Below are positions 38,982 through 51,416 of a stretch of 64,000 bases of DNA, one piece after another. The stretch's first letter is position 1, and each line of letters opens with the position of its first letter. The notes beneath the pieces are model-generated. The model ran no database searches and had not been told where the DNA came from. It worked only from the letters and a program-made list of their open reading frames with translations. The translations under genes and the position numbers were made by a program. Source of the stretch: Octopus vulgaris (taxonomy: Eukaryota); NCBI GenBank assembly GCA_951406725.2, contig OX597819.1, positions 49,352,001 through 49,416,000 of the forward strand, written 5' to 3'.

Positions 38982-40116
38982 GAGGGAGAAAGAGAAAGTG
39001 TCAGTAAACATACACATTAGTATATTAGTATATGGTTGTCTGTTCCTGGTGTGAAGTGAGTGGAATTATAGTGCTGCATTTTTAAATCACCCACCTACTA
39101 GCCGGATTTTATTTCTATGAATATCAAAAGAATTTGCAGAATTTTATCATTATTTTGAATATCCCGAATTATTCAGCTACCTTCATTTTCTGAGAATCCA
39201 CATTCAGCCATGCTTTATTTCAAGCAGTTTGCCATGTAATCTGCTAGTCATGATTAGATAGCAGTGATGCAAATTCCTTCATTGAGACTCTGCAGGTGAT
39301 CTACTTTCCTTGCTATCACAACCTACAATTAACCCTAAATGCGCAACTGTTTCCATTCTGAGCAACCAAATAATGACGTTAGATCAATTGTCACTGAATT
39401 AGATGGTGGGATTTGTTCATGGTATTTTAAGATTGTGTTAATACTGCTAAGAAGATCTGACAATTTGGGGGTTTTTCTTCTATATTTATTATAACAGAAG
39501 TCTTTTTTATTCTCTCTTTTTTTAGAACACTTCATTTTTCAGATTGTTCTCTCATAATTATATTGCATCTTGTCAAGAACTGATGCCCTGAGGGAATATA
39601 TTCCTCGTGTGCTATGTTGTGTTTAATATGATTTTATGGTGCCATCACCTGCACATGCCAAGGCATGATATTTATCAATGTCTTTTATACATGGGATTCT
39701 TAATTGGGACTTCCTGCCTTCCTCCTCCTAGATTGCATAGTAATAACATTTAAAGTGAGCAATTATGAACTCGTTAATGTTTCATGACAGGCATTTTTCT
39801 TCCTTTCTGTTTTTTTACTTAGTCAAGAGGAAAGGACAAGTGGTGGGGGAAGAGAGAGAGCGAGAAAATTATTCTCAAATAGAAGACCTGATTCAAATAC
39901 ATGCAACAGTGTGTACTCCACTAAAGGCACCCAAAGGCCAGGTGGTGGCATTAAATCAGGAAATAGATTAAATATATGTACGGTAGGTGCCATATATGTA
40001 GATTCAGCTTACCTTCATAAATACCTAGACAAGGTACCTCACCTCTCGCTTTAATGAAATCTTTTTTCCTTCCCATTTTGAATTTCCTAGCATTCTACTA
40101 ATATGTATATACATAC

Positions 40117-40171
<55 letters not shown>

Positions 40172-40387
40172 CATGCACATATGTATGTATGCTTGTATAT
40201 GCATGTGTTTAAATGCATTCATTTCCTTGTTGAAAATATGCCAAATATTATATTAGAATAGTTTGTTTTTTATTTGCTTTTTGTGTGCTTTTTTTTAGAT
40301 TTATTATTTTGGGATATTGAATATTGACTAATGTATAAAGGATATGGAGACAGTGGTGAGCGAAGATTAAAAAAAAAAAAGGAGAAG

Positions 40388-40451
40388 GGTTTTTCCTGAG
40401 TCATATAGACTCATAGCATCAATTTCCTGGTTTTCATGGTGTATATGCTCC

Positions 40452-40488
<37 letters not shown>

Positions 40489-40665
40489 CTGGATGGGATG
40501 CCAGTCTGTCACAGGACTACTCACTTTTACTAGCTGAGTGGACTGGAGCAATGAGAAATGAAGTGCTTTGCTCAAGAAACAATGCATTGCCCAGCTGAGA
40601 AATTGAAACCATAATCTTACGATCATGAGTCCAACACTTCAACTACTAAGCCACATGTCTCTACG
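40388..40665 (-). mobile_element. tRNA-derived SINE related to 5083-5390
   Basis: Minus head GTAGAGACATGTGGCTTAGTAGTTGAAGTGTTGGACTC...GGTTTCAATTTC; TCTTGAGCAAAGCACTTCATT; GACTGGCATCCCATCCAGG. Confidence 0.7.
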
Positions 40666-41523
40666 AGTGAAGATAGAAAGAGTAAATAATGAAAAAAAAA
40701 ACATTGCTTAGAAGATGGTGCTTCTGCTGATAAGCATTTTTAATACGTATCTCAACAGAAGAGGAGCAATACCATAATGTTTACAGATTCTACCAAACTG
40801 GTGTGAGTGTTGCAGCTGATGTCCTGCCAGAAAATGCTGATATCTATAGAAAAAGCTTGCAACAAAGTGAATTCTGCTGAAGGTGTTAAAGGTGCCAAAT
40901 GATTTTGTGGTTGTTGCTGTTTGGCTCCTGGTCTGCCCTGATAAAGTAGACTTATGATTAACTGCTTACTAGCTGCGACCATCCCATCTTATTTGCAGAT
41001 GACTTAGAACTACATTATCCATTGTGTTATTCCTTGTTTAAGATAGTAAGCTAGCTGTGAGCAAAGGAAAATTTGGCTAGAAGCCTCCTTTGAACTGAGT
41101 GTTGATTTAGGCCTACCTTCCAAGACTTGAAATTAAAATTTGTTGAGGCTAGTAAACTTTTTTGACTCTATGTAAAAAGAAGCAAATAAAATAAATACTG
41201 GATTTTTTGCTTTTTGTATAAACAATTCACAGATTTGTAAATGAGAAGGGATGTGATATTTCAATGTGCACATCTATCGCTCAGGGCATTTACAGACCAT
41301 CATCACCATCGTTTTAAAATCTACTTTTCCATGCTTGGATGTGCCAGACAAAATTTGTTGAGGTATATTTTCTATGGCCAGATGCTCTTCCTGTCACTAA
41401 CCCTCACCTGTTTCCTATAATCCTTCAAAATGAACAGCACAAAGGCCCAAGATATTTTAAAGAAGATTGTAAACAAATAGTACTACTAGTATGATGAAGA
41501 CACAAACACAAATATATATACAT

Positions 41524-41541
41524 ATCTATCTATCTATCTAC

Positions 41542-41615
<74 letters not shown>

Positions 41616-41641
41616 GTATATATATATATATATATATATAT
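41524..41641. repeat. (TATC)n + (TA)n microsatellite
   Basis: Directly visible. Confidence 0.95.
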
Positions 41642-41843
41642 CTTCAAATATGAATTAGAAGCCGTTCGAGGTATATAAACAAAACCAAACACACATACAT
41701 AATGTGTGTGTTTGTGTTGTTAATTTGTCGGGCGGCAGCATTTTTTAGGTGTAAGAGAATATATTCTCAACGCCCTTGCACCTGCCTGATAAACTAACAA
41801 CACACACACCTCGAGTATGTATGTTTGGCTTTGTTCATATATA

Positions 41844-41879
<36 letters not shown>

Positions 41880-41995
41880 TGTATGTATGTATGTATGTAT
41901 GTATGTATGTATGTATGCATGTATGTATATACATATATATATATATACACACACACAGACACACACACACACATATATATATGTATATACACACA

Positions 41996-42864
41996 CATGA
42001 TGCGATGGATAAATTGCCGCCATTTCATATTTTTAATTTCACACATACGCATTGTTCCTTTTTGATTTTGTTGACTACACAGTATTGTAGAGTCAGTTGG
42101 GCACTGTCTGTAAGAAAAACAACCATGACACAATTTGTTCTTCCAGAAATTTGGAAACGACATGCTGTACTGCTTGGTTTTCATGCTGGAAGTTCCAGTA
42201 TGAATATTTCAGAGTGTTTGGGTGTCAATCTGAGGACATGTACCGAGTGTGATAAAAATCAAACATCTTGTCAACTTCATGGTGTTTGGAGTGATCACTA
42301 GTGATGGCAACATTATGCCTCCATTCATTTTCCCACACGGCTTCAGACTCCACACAGAAGCCTACATCAAGTGCCTAGAAGAGGTAGTGCTGCTCTGGGT
42401 CAAGAGGGTGGCTGCTAGAAGGCCTTAGGTCTGCCAACAGGACTCTGCACTGTGCCACACAAGCAGGAGAACTCAGTCATGGCTGTCAGACAATTTCTGT
42501 GACCACATCACCCCAAACCTCTGACCACTTAACTCCCCAGACTGTAAACCACTTGATTATTATGTTGGTCTCTCACAGTTGAGTGAGAGACCAACAAAAC
42601 TCCTTGTAACACCAAAGATGAACTGAAGGCAATGATTATGGCAGCATTCACCAACTTAAACAAAGAAACCGTCCAGAAGAGTTGCAGGAGATTCAAGTCG
42701 TTTTGAGACTGTGGTTGAAGCTAACAGCGATTTTATTGAATAAATTTACTGTTCAGTATTTCAAGATATTTTTATGTAATTTTGGTAAATATATGTTAAA
42801 ATGAGGTGTCAGTGTTATTTTCATTTTTGTGTAATTTAGACGACAGTTTATTCACCACACCCTG
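41996..42864 (+). mobile_element. Decayed, internally deleted Tc1/mariner transposon of the maT (DD37D) family
   Basis: MVFGVITSDG...QQDSALCHTSRRTQSWL...*PLNSPDCKPLDYYV with 37 residues between the 2nd and 3rd catalytic D; imperfect TIRs CATGATGCGATGGATAAATTGCCG / CGACAGTTTATTCACCACACCCTG|TA; internal stops. Confidence 0.88.
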
Positions 42865-42876
42865 TATATATATATA

Positions 42877-43211
42877 CGGTGGCATGGTGGCTATCTGCCT
42901 CTTGCAGGGATTGACCTCTTTTTGTACCTATAATTGCTCTTTCCTAGCATGAGATCTTATGACATTTGAGCTCTGAAAGGCATTTGAAGAGCTGATCACA
43001 GATATTGCAGCAATGTCTCATTTCAGCATTGGGTCCATTTGTGCTAGTTTATTATGATTCTTCAAATACTGTTTCAATCCTTCAAGTAACTTGCAGGCCT
43101 TTGGACAGACATTGCATTGAAACTGGTCATCTGAAATGAAATTCCAGTAATTCATGCATACCTTTCCCACATGGGCACAATGGTGCAATCTCATACCAGC
43201 ACTAGATGCTG

Positions 43212-43212
<1 letters not shown>
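42877..43212 (-). pseudogene. Decayed C2H2 zinc-finger-encoding fragment, probably a LINE 3' end
   Basis: SSAGMRLHHCAH, FQCNVCPKACKLLEGLKQYLKNH and (frameshifted) CNICDQLFKCLSELKCH.RSH; no TGEKP linkers; ends in (TA)n. Confidence 0.6.
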
Positions 43213-43270
<58 letters not shown>

Positions 43271-43354
43271 ATCCAAACATGAAAACACAACAACGTGAGG
43301 ATGTGGAACAAGTATAGTATTATTGAACGCTCAGGAAAGAAGGAAAGAAGGAGA

Positions 43355-43389
43355 GTTTAATGTTTCGAGCGGAGCTCTTCATCAAAAAC
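43355..43389 (-). ncRNA. Degenerate minimal type I hammerhead ribozyme in a ~200-bp insert (43267-43460) within (TA)n
   Basis: Minus: GTTT-TTGATGA-A-GAGC-TCC-GCTC-GAAA-CA-TT-AAAC; stems I and II pair, core C3 mutated to T. Confidence 0.65.
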
Positions 43390-43629
43390 ATAGGAAAAGG
43401 AAAGATCCAAAGAAGGCAGGACGGATGAAAAATATCACCAACGGTACACATGCGGTCACATATATATACACATACACACACACACACACACACACTCACA
43501 CATGCACCACAAGCTTCTTTCAGTTAACTAGATCTACTCACAAGGCTTTGGTTGGCTCAGGGCTATAGTAGAAGCCCAAGATGTTACATAATGGGATGGA
43601 ACTTGAAATCATGTGGTTGCAAGCAAAAG

Positions 43630-43958
43630 ATCCCCTTCGGTCATAAATGACCATGGGATTGCACTTAGAAAGTTACCTCCCAAGGCACAACTCCAGGCAA
43701 GGATGTTTATGGAAGACCAGCAATCACCCCTGCATACCAGCCTCCCCTCCCCATACCACCGATGTTATCCAAGGGAAAGTCAAAGGCTGATACATCTTGG
43801 CACTAGTGATGTCGCACCTCTTTCTACAGCTGAGTGAACTGGAGCAATGTGAAATTAAGCGTCTTGCTCAAGAACGCAACACACAGCACAGCTTGGGAAT
43901 CAAACTCACTACCTCATGGTTGTGAGCCCAGTGCTCTAACTGCTGAATCATGCACTTT
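43630..43958 (-). mobile_element. tRNA-derived SINE (fourth family)
   Basis: Minus head ATGATTCAGCAGTTAGAGCACTGGGCTC...GAGTTTGATTCCC; TTCTTGAGCAAGACGCTT; possible TSD CAAG(C/T)AAAA at 43620 and 43961. Confidence 0.7.
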
Positions 43959-44589
43959 TACAAGTAAAATAAATTTGTTGCTATTATATTAAATTGTCGT
44001 ATGTCCAAATTGAGCTAAATGTGTTTTTTTCAATATTTATTTTTGCTTGCAATAGCCGGTTCTTTTGGTTAAACTATCATATTTCCAGCAGCTTCAGATG
44101 CCAAGATATCAAAAATTGTTAGAGTCCAGTACAATAGTTTTGCTATGGAATGGTGAAACTATTTTATCATTTTCTGAAAAAACAACTTATTGGACTTATG
44201 ACACTTTTGCATAATAGCAACGATATACATTGCATCTTTAAATAAAAACTAAATTGTATGTTTGGTGTGCTAAACACTTAAATTTCTATCACAATTAATT
44301 AAATATAAGTTGTCAAACATTTAACCTTTTTATTTGCTCCCTGTCAATTGACAAAGACATATGATGGGAGCTATGCAACTGCCAAAAAAAAAAAGAAAAA
44401 TGTCATATAGAGGTAAAGAAACAATAATTGATGTGTTATTCTTTTTGTTGTCTTTGTTTTGGTAAAATATTCTTAATTCCTCATCAAATAAAATCTACAT
44501 CTTTGTCTTGATTCCTAACATAAATAACTTCAATTCATGTGTCCATATTCTTTAAAAAAACACATGAAGCCTTTAACTTCTTGTTTTTG

Positions 44590-45080
44590 TCATCATCCTC
44601 CTCATCAACGTTTAACGTCCGCTTTCTATACTAGTATGGGTTGGACGATTTGACTGAGGACTGGCGAACCAGATGGCTGCACCAGGCTCCAATCTGATCT
44701 GGCAGAGTTTCTATAGCTGGATACCCTTCCTAATGCCAACCACTCCGAGAGTGTAGTAGGTGCTGTTACGTGCCACCGGCATGAGGGCCAGTCAGGTGGC
44801 ACTAGCAACGACCACACTCAAATGGTGTTTTTTACATGCCACCTGCACAGGAGCCAGTCCAGTGACACTTGCAACGACCTCGCTCAAATGCTTTTTTCAC
44901 ATGCCACTGGCACAAGTGCCAGTAAGGCAACGCTGGTAATAATCACGCTCAAATGGTGCTTTTAGGTGCCACCGGCACAGAAGCCAGTTTGTTGCTCTGG
45001 CAACAATCACACTCGGATGGTACTCTTAGCGCTCCACAAGCATGGATGCCAATCATGGAATTTGATTTCGATTTCGATTT
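44590..45080 (-). mobile_element. RTE LINE 3' UTR, 5'-truncated
   Basis: Reverse complement of ~56965-57440 over its whole length. Confidence 0.85.
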
Positions 45081-45427
45081 TAAATCAAATTCGATGACTG
45101 GCATAATTTGGTTTCAAGCCAAAGTAATTTTATCTTTTATCTTTTACTAGTTTCAGTCATTTGAATGTGGCCATGCTGGGGCACTACCTTGAAGGGATGG
45201 ATTTTAGTTGAACAAATTGACCCCAGGACATATTTCTTTTTTAGACTAGTACTTATTCTATCAATCTCCTTTGCTGAACTATAGTTACAGGGAAGTAAAC
45301 AAACCAACATGGAATTTGAACTCTGAACTCAGTATAATGAGCTGGAAGAAATACCACTGAGCAGTTGTGTCTGATACATTGATGATTCTGTCAGCTTGCT
45401 GCCTTAATCCTTTCTACTATAGGCACA

Positions 45428-45701
45428 AGGAGCTCAGCCACTTCGCCATCATGAAGCCTAACACTCGAAAGGAACTCGGCTACCTCACCTCCGTGAAGCC
45501 AAACACTCAAAAGGTGTTCAGCCACTTTGCCTCCATGAGGCCCAATGCTCAAAAGGAACTCGGCTACCTCACCTCCATGAAGCCAAACACTCAAAAGGAG
45601 CTCAGCCACTTTGCCTCCATGAGGCCCAATGCTCAAAAGGAACTCAGCCACCTCACCTCTGTGAGGCCCACTTGAAAGAAACTCAGCCACCTTGCCTCTG
45701 T
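45428..45701. repeat. 42-bp minisatellite, ~6.5 units, derived from the RTE ORF end
   Basis: Units start at 45428, 45470, 45512, 45554, 45596, 45638; consensus AGGAACTCAGCCACTTTGCCTCCATGAGGCCCAATGCTCAAA; same motif at ~12452-12522. Confidence 0.9.
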
Positions 45702-45839
45702 TTCCATCAACCAGTTTCATTCACAAGGCATTGGTCAACCTGGGGCTATAGTTCAGTGAGTCTGAATCTGAAACCATGTGGTTGCAAAATGAACTTCATA
45801 AATACACAGCCATGTCTGTACCTATTTTTTTTATTATTT

Positions 45840-46182
45840 TATTCTTTTACTTGTTTCAGTCATTTTACTGTAGCCATGCTGGACCTCTGCCTTGAAGAAT
45901 TACCCAATGACTTATTTAAAAAATTTTTTTCAACCTAGAACTTATTCTATTGGTCTCTTTTGCTGAACTGCTCTGTTATGAGGGCATAAACACACTAACA
46001 CTAGTTGTCAAGTGGTAATAGGGGGACATACATATATATGTATATGACAGGCTTCTTTCAGTTTCTGTCTACCAAAGGCTTTGGTCGACCTGAGGCTATA
46101 GAAGAAGACACTTGACCAAGGTGCCACATAGTGGGACTGAACCTGGAACCATGTGGCTGGGAAGCAAGCTTCTTACTGCACA
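45840..46182 (-). mobile_element. SINE family A, diverged
   Basis: Consensus match. Confidence 0.8.
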
Positions 46183-47633
46183 AATATTTTCATGAATCTT
46201 TCAAGCAAATATTTTGTGAGTTCTTTCCATGATGATCAACAACCCCATCCTGCTGAGAAAATGGTTAGCTAAAAAAACTTCACCATATCAAACAAAAAAA
46301 AATAGTATTATGGTAAAAATATTAGAAAAGAAGAGAAAAAAATTCCCATTTTATGTAAATTTAGGTTTTGTCAAAATGACATTTATTGACAAGAGATTTG
46401 TTTTTAATCAAAAGATTATTATTTTTGTCTAATTTCAAGCTGAATGGCGAAAAATAAAACATGTCAATTGAATGTGTTGTGTCTGTCACTGTACAAGAAT
46501 TTCAAGTAATTAGTTCATAAAAAAGAAAAGGGAATGAACAAAGAAAGAGAAAGAAATAAGAAAATAAAGAACAATAATAGAAAATTGTTCTAATAATAGA
46601 ACTTGAGTAGGGGAGAGGATAGATTTAATACATAAGATCCTGCTGAAATACCGCTGAAATACTGAGGTAAACATGAATGTTACATTTCTAAAGCTATGTT
46701 TTTCTCATGGTAGAGCATGTATAGCTGAAAATAACATACTTGTGGTCAATACTGATGTTTGGTTGGATATTTTATTGGGCAGGCTGGTAATGAAAGCTTG
46801 TCAGTAATTAGAGGGACCTAAATTGACATTGTTAAATACTGAATGGCATTAAAACATTCTGTATTTAAGTTTCTTTGTTAATGTATTATTTTCCCTTTAT
46901 ACTCTGTGATTGAGAAAGTAGAGGTGGTGTTAGCTTTTAAGTTTACACTATTCTGTAGCATGTGTGTTCTGTGTGAGAATGGGGAGGAACTTGTGATATT
47001 TAAAATAATAAATATATCCAGGTAGAGCAGTGGGAAGCTGAAATCTGGTAAAGAAGCTGGCTAAAGTTAGTATGAAATAGGAAGAGATTATTACACTTGA
47101 GTTTGCAACTGCCAACGCCAACAGATTTTCAGGTTGGAGAAAAAAAGAAGTATAAATAAACAGAGCTGCCTCCTTTCATGATATTCACAGAGCCAAATAT
47201 TTTTATTTTAGTGTTTTTTGTGAAACCAAAATAGTGACTACACTTCAAATGTCACATGCTTGGTGGTGAGTCAATAGTTCTTGACATTTGTCCACAGCAG
47301 TAAGTTTCTTCTTCATGGATGTGTATACATAAGTTGCAAAAGCTATAAACCTATTGCCGGCTCAGTGGTGGAGGTAGTGGAGTGGTGATGGAGGTGATAG
47401 TGATGGATGGTCATTGCTAGTGGCAGTCATTGTGATATCCTACTATATTACCTGTTAATAAGTAATTAATAATATATCTACACTTGTATTTCCTGTGTAC
47501 CTTGGCTAATTTCTTTGAAGCGCCATCATTTTCTGAACTTGCGCAAAACCCTTAAATTATTCTTTACTTTTATCTCATAAGAGTTTTCGTAATTAGTCCT
47601 TGTTCAGAACACAGCATAAAAACAAACTTTCAT

Positions 47634-47998
47634 TTACTTTTTTACTTGTTTCGGTCATTTGACTGCAACCATGCTGGGGCACTGCCTTTAGTCGAACAGG
47701 ACTTATTCTCTGTAAGCCTAGTACTTATTCTATCGGTCTCTTCTGCTGAATCACTAAGTTATGGGGACATAAATACACCAACATCGGTTGTCAAGCGATA
47801 GTGGGGAAACAAAGCATAGACATACAAACACACACACACATACAATGGGCTTTTTTCAGTTTCCATCTCCCAAATCCACTCACAAGGCTTTGGTCAGCCC
47901 AAGGCTATAGTAGAAGACACTTGCCGAAGATGCCATGCAGTGGGACTGAACCTGGAACTATGTGATTGGGAAGCAAGCTTCTTACACACAGCCACTCC
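47634..47998 (-). mobile_element. SINE family A
   Basis: Consensus match. Confidence 0.9.
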
Positions 47999-48253
47999 TT
48001 ATTTATTTATTTATCTATCTATCTATTTATTTATTTATTTATGTATTATTTTATATACTAACAGGTGAACAATAGTATTGATGGTTGCAAGTTTCCAACA
48101 AGTCACTCACTAAATTACAGTAGATCTATGGTCACAAGGCATTCCAGCAATGATCATCTTTTACTTTTTTTTAATATTTTTTAGATAGAGATTATCTAAG
48201 ATTATCCTATGTGTCAATTTTATTTTATTTTATTTTTAAGATAGAAGGGTCTA

Positions 48254-48681
48254 ACTCTTTTACTTGTTTCAGTCATTTGACTGCAGCCATGCTGGAGCAC
48301 CAACTTTAGTCGAGCTAATCGACCCCAGAGCTTATTCTTTGTAAGCCTAGTACTTATTCTATCGGTCTCTTTTGCCAAACCACTAAGTTACGGGGATCTA
48401 AACACACCAGTATCGGTTGTCAAGTGATGTTGGGGGGACAAACACAGATACACAAACATATACACACATACATATACATATATATATAAAATATATATAT
48501 ATATATATATACATATACGACGGGCTTCTTTCAGTTTCTGTCTACCAAATCCACTCACAAGGCTTTGGTCGGCCCAAGACTATAGTAGAAGACACTTGCC
48601 CAAAGTGCCATGCAGCGGGACTGAACCCGAAACCATGTGGTTAGTAAGCAAGCTACTTACCACACAGCCACTCTTATGCCT
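48254..48681 (-). mobile_element. SINE family A, full length
   Basis: Consensus match. Confidence 0.9.
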
Positions 48682-48766
48682 ATATTTAACCTTTTAACGT
48701 CTATTATATAACCTTTTAACATTTCAACCAGCCATATCCAACCCAAATAATCTCTATGAAGATATT

Positions 48767-49389
48767 TGTTTTTACTCTAGGCACAAGGCCCAAAATTTTG
48801 GGGGAGGGGGCCAGTCGACTAGACTGACTCCAGTACACAACTGGTACTTAATTTATCGACCCTGAAGGGATGAAAGGAAAAGTCGACCGTGGCAGAATTT
48901 GTACTCAGAGCATAAAGACAGATGAAATACCTATTTCTTTACTACCCACAAGGGGCTAAACACAGAGAGGACAAACAAGGACAGACAAACAGATTAAGTC
49001 GATCACATCGACCCCAGTGCGTAACTGGTACTTAATTTATCGACCCTGAAAGGATGAAAGGCAAAGTCGACCTCGGCAGAATTTGAACTCAGAACATAAC
49101 GGCAGACGAAATATGGCTACACATTTCACCCAGCGCGCTAACGTTTCTGCCAGCTTGCCACCTTAAAATTAATCTTTTCTACTCTAGGCATAAGGCCCGA
49201 AATTTCTTGGGGTAAGGGGGCCAGTTGATTAGATCAACCCCAGTACACAACCTGTACTTAATTTATCGACCCCGAAAGGATGAAAGGAAAAATTGACCTC
49301 AGCAGAATCTGAACTAAGAATGTAAAGACAGATGAAATACCGCTAAGCATTTCACCCGGTGTGCTAATGTTTTTGCCAGCTCACCACCT
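48767..49389 (-). mobile_element. SINE family B trimer with one TSD pair
   Basis: Three units (~48767-48930, 48931-49164, 49175-49389) with two alternating tail types; TCTCTATGAAGATATT at 48751-48766 and 49390-49405. Confidence 0.9.
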
Positions 49390-49467
49390 TCTCTATGAAG
49401 ATATTGTAAATAAAAACAAGATGGGTAAGCAGTCTCTGATCATGTGCTTGCATATATTTTTTATTGC

Positions 49468-49638
49468 TTACTTGTTTCAGTCATTAGATTACAGCCATGC
49501 TGCTTATTCTGTCAGTCTCTTTTGCTGAACTGTTAAGTTACAGAGGCATAAATGTACCAACAGTTGTTAAGTGATGGTGGGAGATGAACACAGGCACAAA
49601 GACACACCCACAAACACACACTCACACACACACACACA

Positions 49639-49687
<49 letters not shown>

Positions 49688-49843
49688 GATGGGCTTCTTT
49701 CAATTTCTGTCTACCAAATTCACTCACAAGGCTTTGGTCAGCCCAGAGCTGTAGTAGAAGATACTTGGCCAAGGTTACACACAATGAGGCTGATCCCAGA
49801 ACCATGTGGTTGGGAAGCAAACTTCTTAACACACAGCCATACC
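49468..49843 (-). mobile_element. SINE family A, diverged
   Basis: Consensus match. Confidence 0.8.
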
Positions 49844-50364
49844 TAGATACAAAACCAACAAAGGTGGCCATGGAGAACCAATTCACAGGTCATGAATTTT
49901 TGTCCCCTTCTTGATGTTTCATTGTATCTATTGGCATCTCGTTCATCTTACCTGTACTGGTTTATCTGACTGAAAATAGATATCTGTCCTTTGTAGACAA
50001 GTTAAAGGTGATTAATTAGATTCATTTGTTTTGGCTCTGTAACCAGAAAGGAGAATTTAATGCCTTTCTTTATGTTTGGGAAAGGAAAACCTTTCTCTTG
50101 TACACATTCACAATCACACACACACACAGTTGTATTTTAGTAGTAACTTGTCTTTTCATTACAAAAGTTAGATACATTTTAGCCATAAAGGGTTTCTCAG
50201 AGACACTATTAAACAGTGCTTTGTGTGAAAAACCAGGGACAAACTCAGTTATCATTATACCATGATAAGAACGAACTATAACAATTACTTACTTACCATG
50301 CACACACACAACACTGTCACAAACAAAACATCTAACATTAATACAAACTATCCAATGTGTTTCT

Positions 50365-50573
50365 TATTTCTTTACGGCCCACAGGGAGCTACACACAGAG
50401 GGAACAAACAAGGACAGACAAGCAGATTAAGTCGATTATATCGACCCCGGTGCATAACTGATACTTATTTAATCGACCCGACAGGATGAAAGGCAAAATT
50501 TGAACTCAGAACATAACGACAGATGAAATACTGCTAAGCATTTTGCCCAGCATACTAACGTTTCTACCAGCTC
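50365..50573 (-). mobile_element. SINE family B
   Basis: Consensus match; GTGTTTCT on both sides. Confidence 0.85.
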
Positions 50574-50757
50574 GTGTTTCTGTAATCTTACAAGTTCAAT
50601 AATTGCAAACATCTAAATGCAAGTTACATTTGAGAAACTTATATCTTACTAGATATACTTCCTCACAATCACAGAACAGGACATATTATACACTGTATTT
50701 TCTACATACAACACAAAGATATGTAAAGAAAAAGCACTTCGTTTATAACAGCAATTA

Positions 50758-51416
50758 TTGGGTTGGTGCATAATTATTGCGGCTTTTTTTCAACAAATTT
50801 TATTTAAAAAAAACGATAACAATATTTAACAAAAACATCTTTAAATGACGGTCTGACAAGCAAATGAGAAGCAGTAATTGAAGTAGATGGGGAATATGCT
50901 CTCTATTCTCTATTACTCTATTACTTGTTTCAGTCATTTGACTGCGGCCATACTGGAGCACCGCCTTTAGTCGAGCAAATCGACCCCGGGACTTATTCTT
51001 TGTAAGCCCAGTACTTATTCTATCGGTCTCTTTTGCCGAACCGCTAAGTGACGGGGACATAAACACACCAGCATCGGTTGTCAAGCAATGCTAGGGGGAC
51101 AAACACAGACACACAAACACACACACATATATATATATACATATATACGACAGGCTTCTTTCAGTTTCCGTCTACCAAATCCACTCACAAGGCATTGGTC
51201 GGCCCGGGGCTATAGCAGAAGACACTTGCCCAAGATGCCATGCAGTGGGACTGAACCCGGAACCATGTGGTTTGTTAGCAAGCTACTTACCACACAGCCA
51301 CTCCTACGCCTATGCTCCGGAATAATCATTTAAGGATGTTTTTGTTACATGTTGTTATTGTTTTTGTTGAATAAAATTTGTTGAAAAAAAGCCACAATAA
51401 TTATGCACCAGCCCAA
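50758..51416. mobile_element. mariner-type MITE with ~90-bp TIRs and TA TSD, interrupted by a SINE
   Basis: TA|TTGGGTTGGTGCATAATTATTGCGGC ... GCCACAATAATTATGCACCAGCCCAA|TA; terminus resembles the Hsmar1/MADE1 TIR. Confidence 0.88.
50902..51310 (-). mobile_element. SINE family A, young CpG-rich copy with TSD
   Basis: TATGCTC at 50895-50901 and 51311-51317. Confidence 0.92.

Noticed and set aside
39080-39650. Possible decayed R4/Dong-like LINE coding fragment on minus
   Set aside because: Resemblance too faint to support without a profile search
45367-45720. Repetitive ORFs on both strands / CRISPR-like periodicity
   Set aside because: 42-bp tandem units with no unique spacers, derived from a LINE; no cas genes; eukaryotic context
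48417-48644. Recurrent peptides such as [11 protein letters not shown]...[19 protein letters not shown]
   Set aside because: Antisense translation of SINE A, not a gene family
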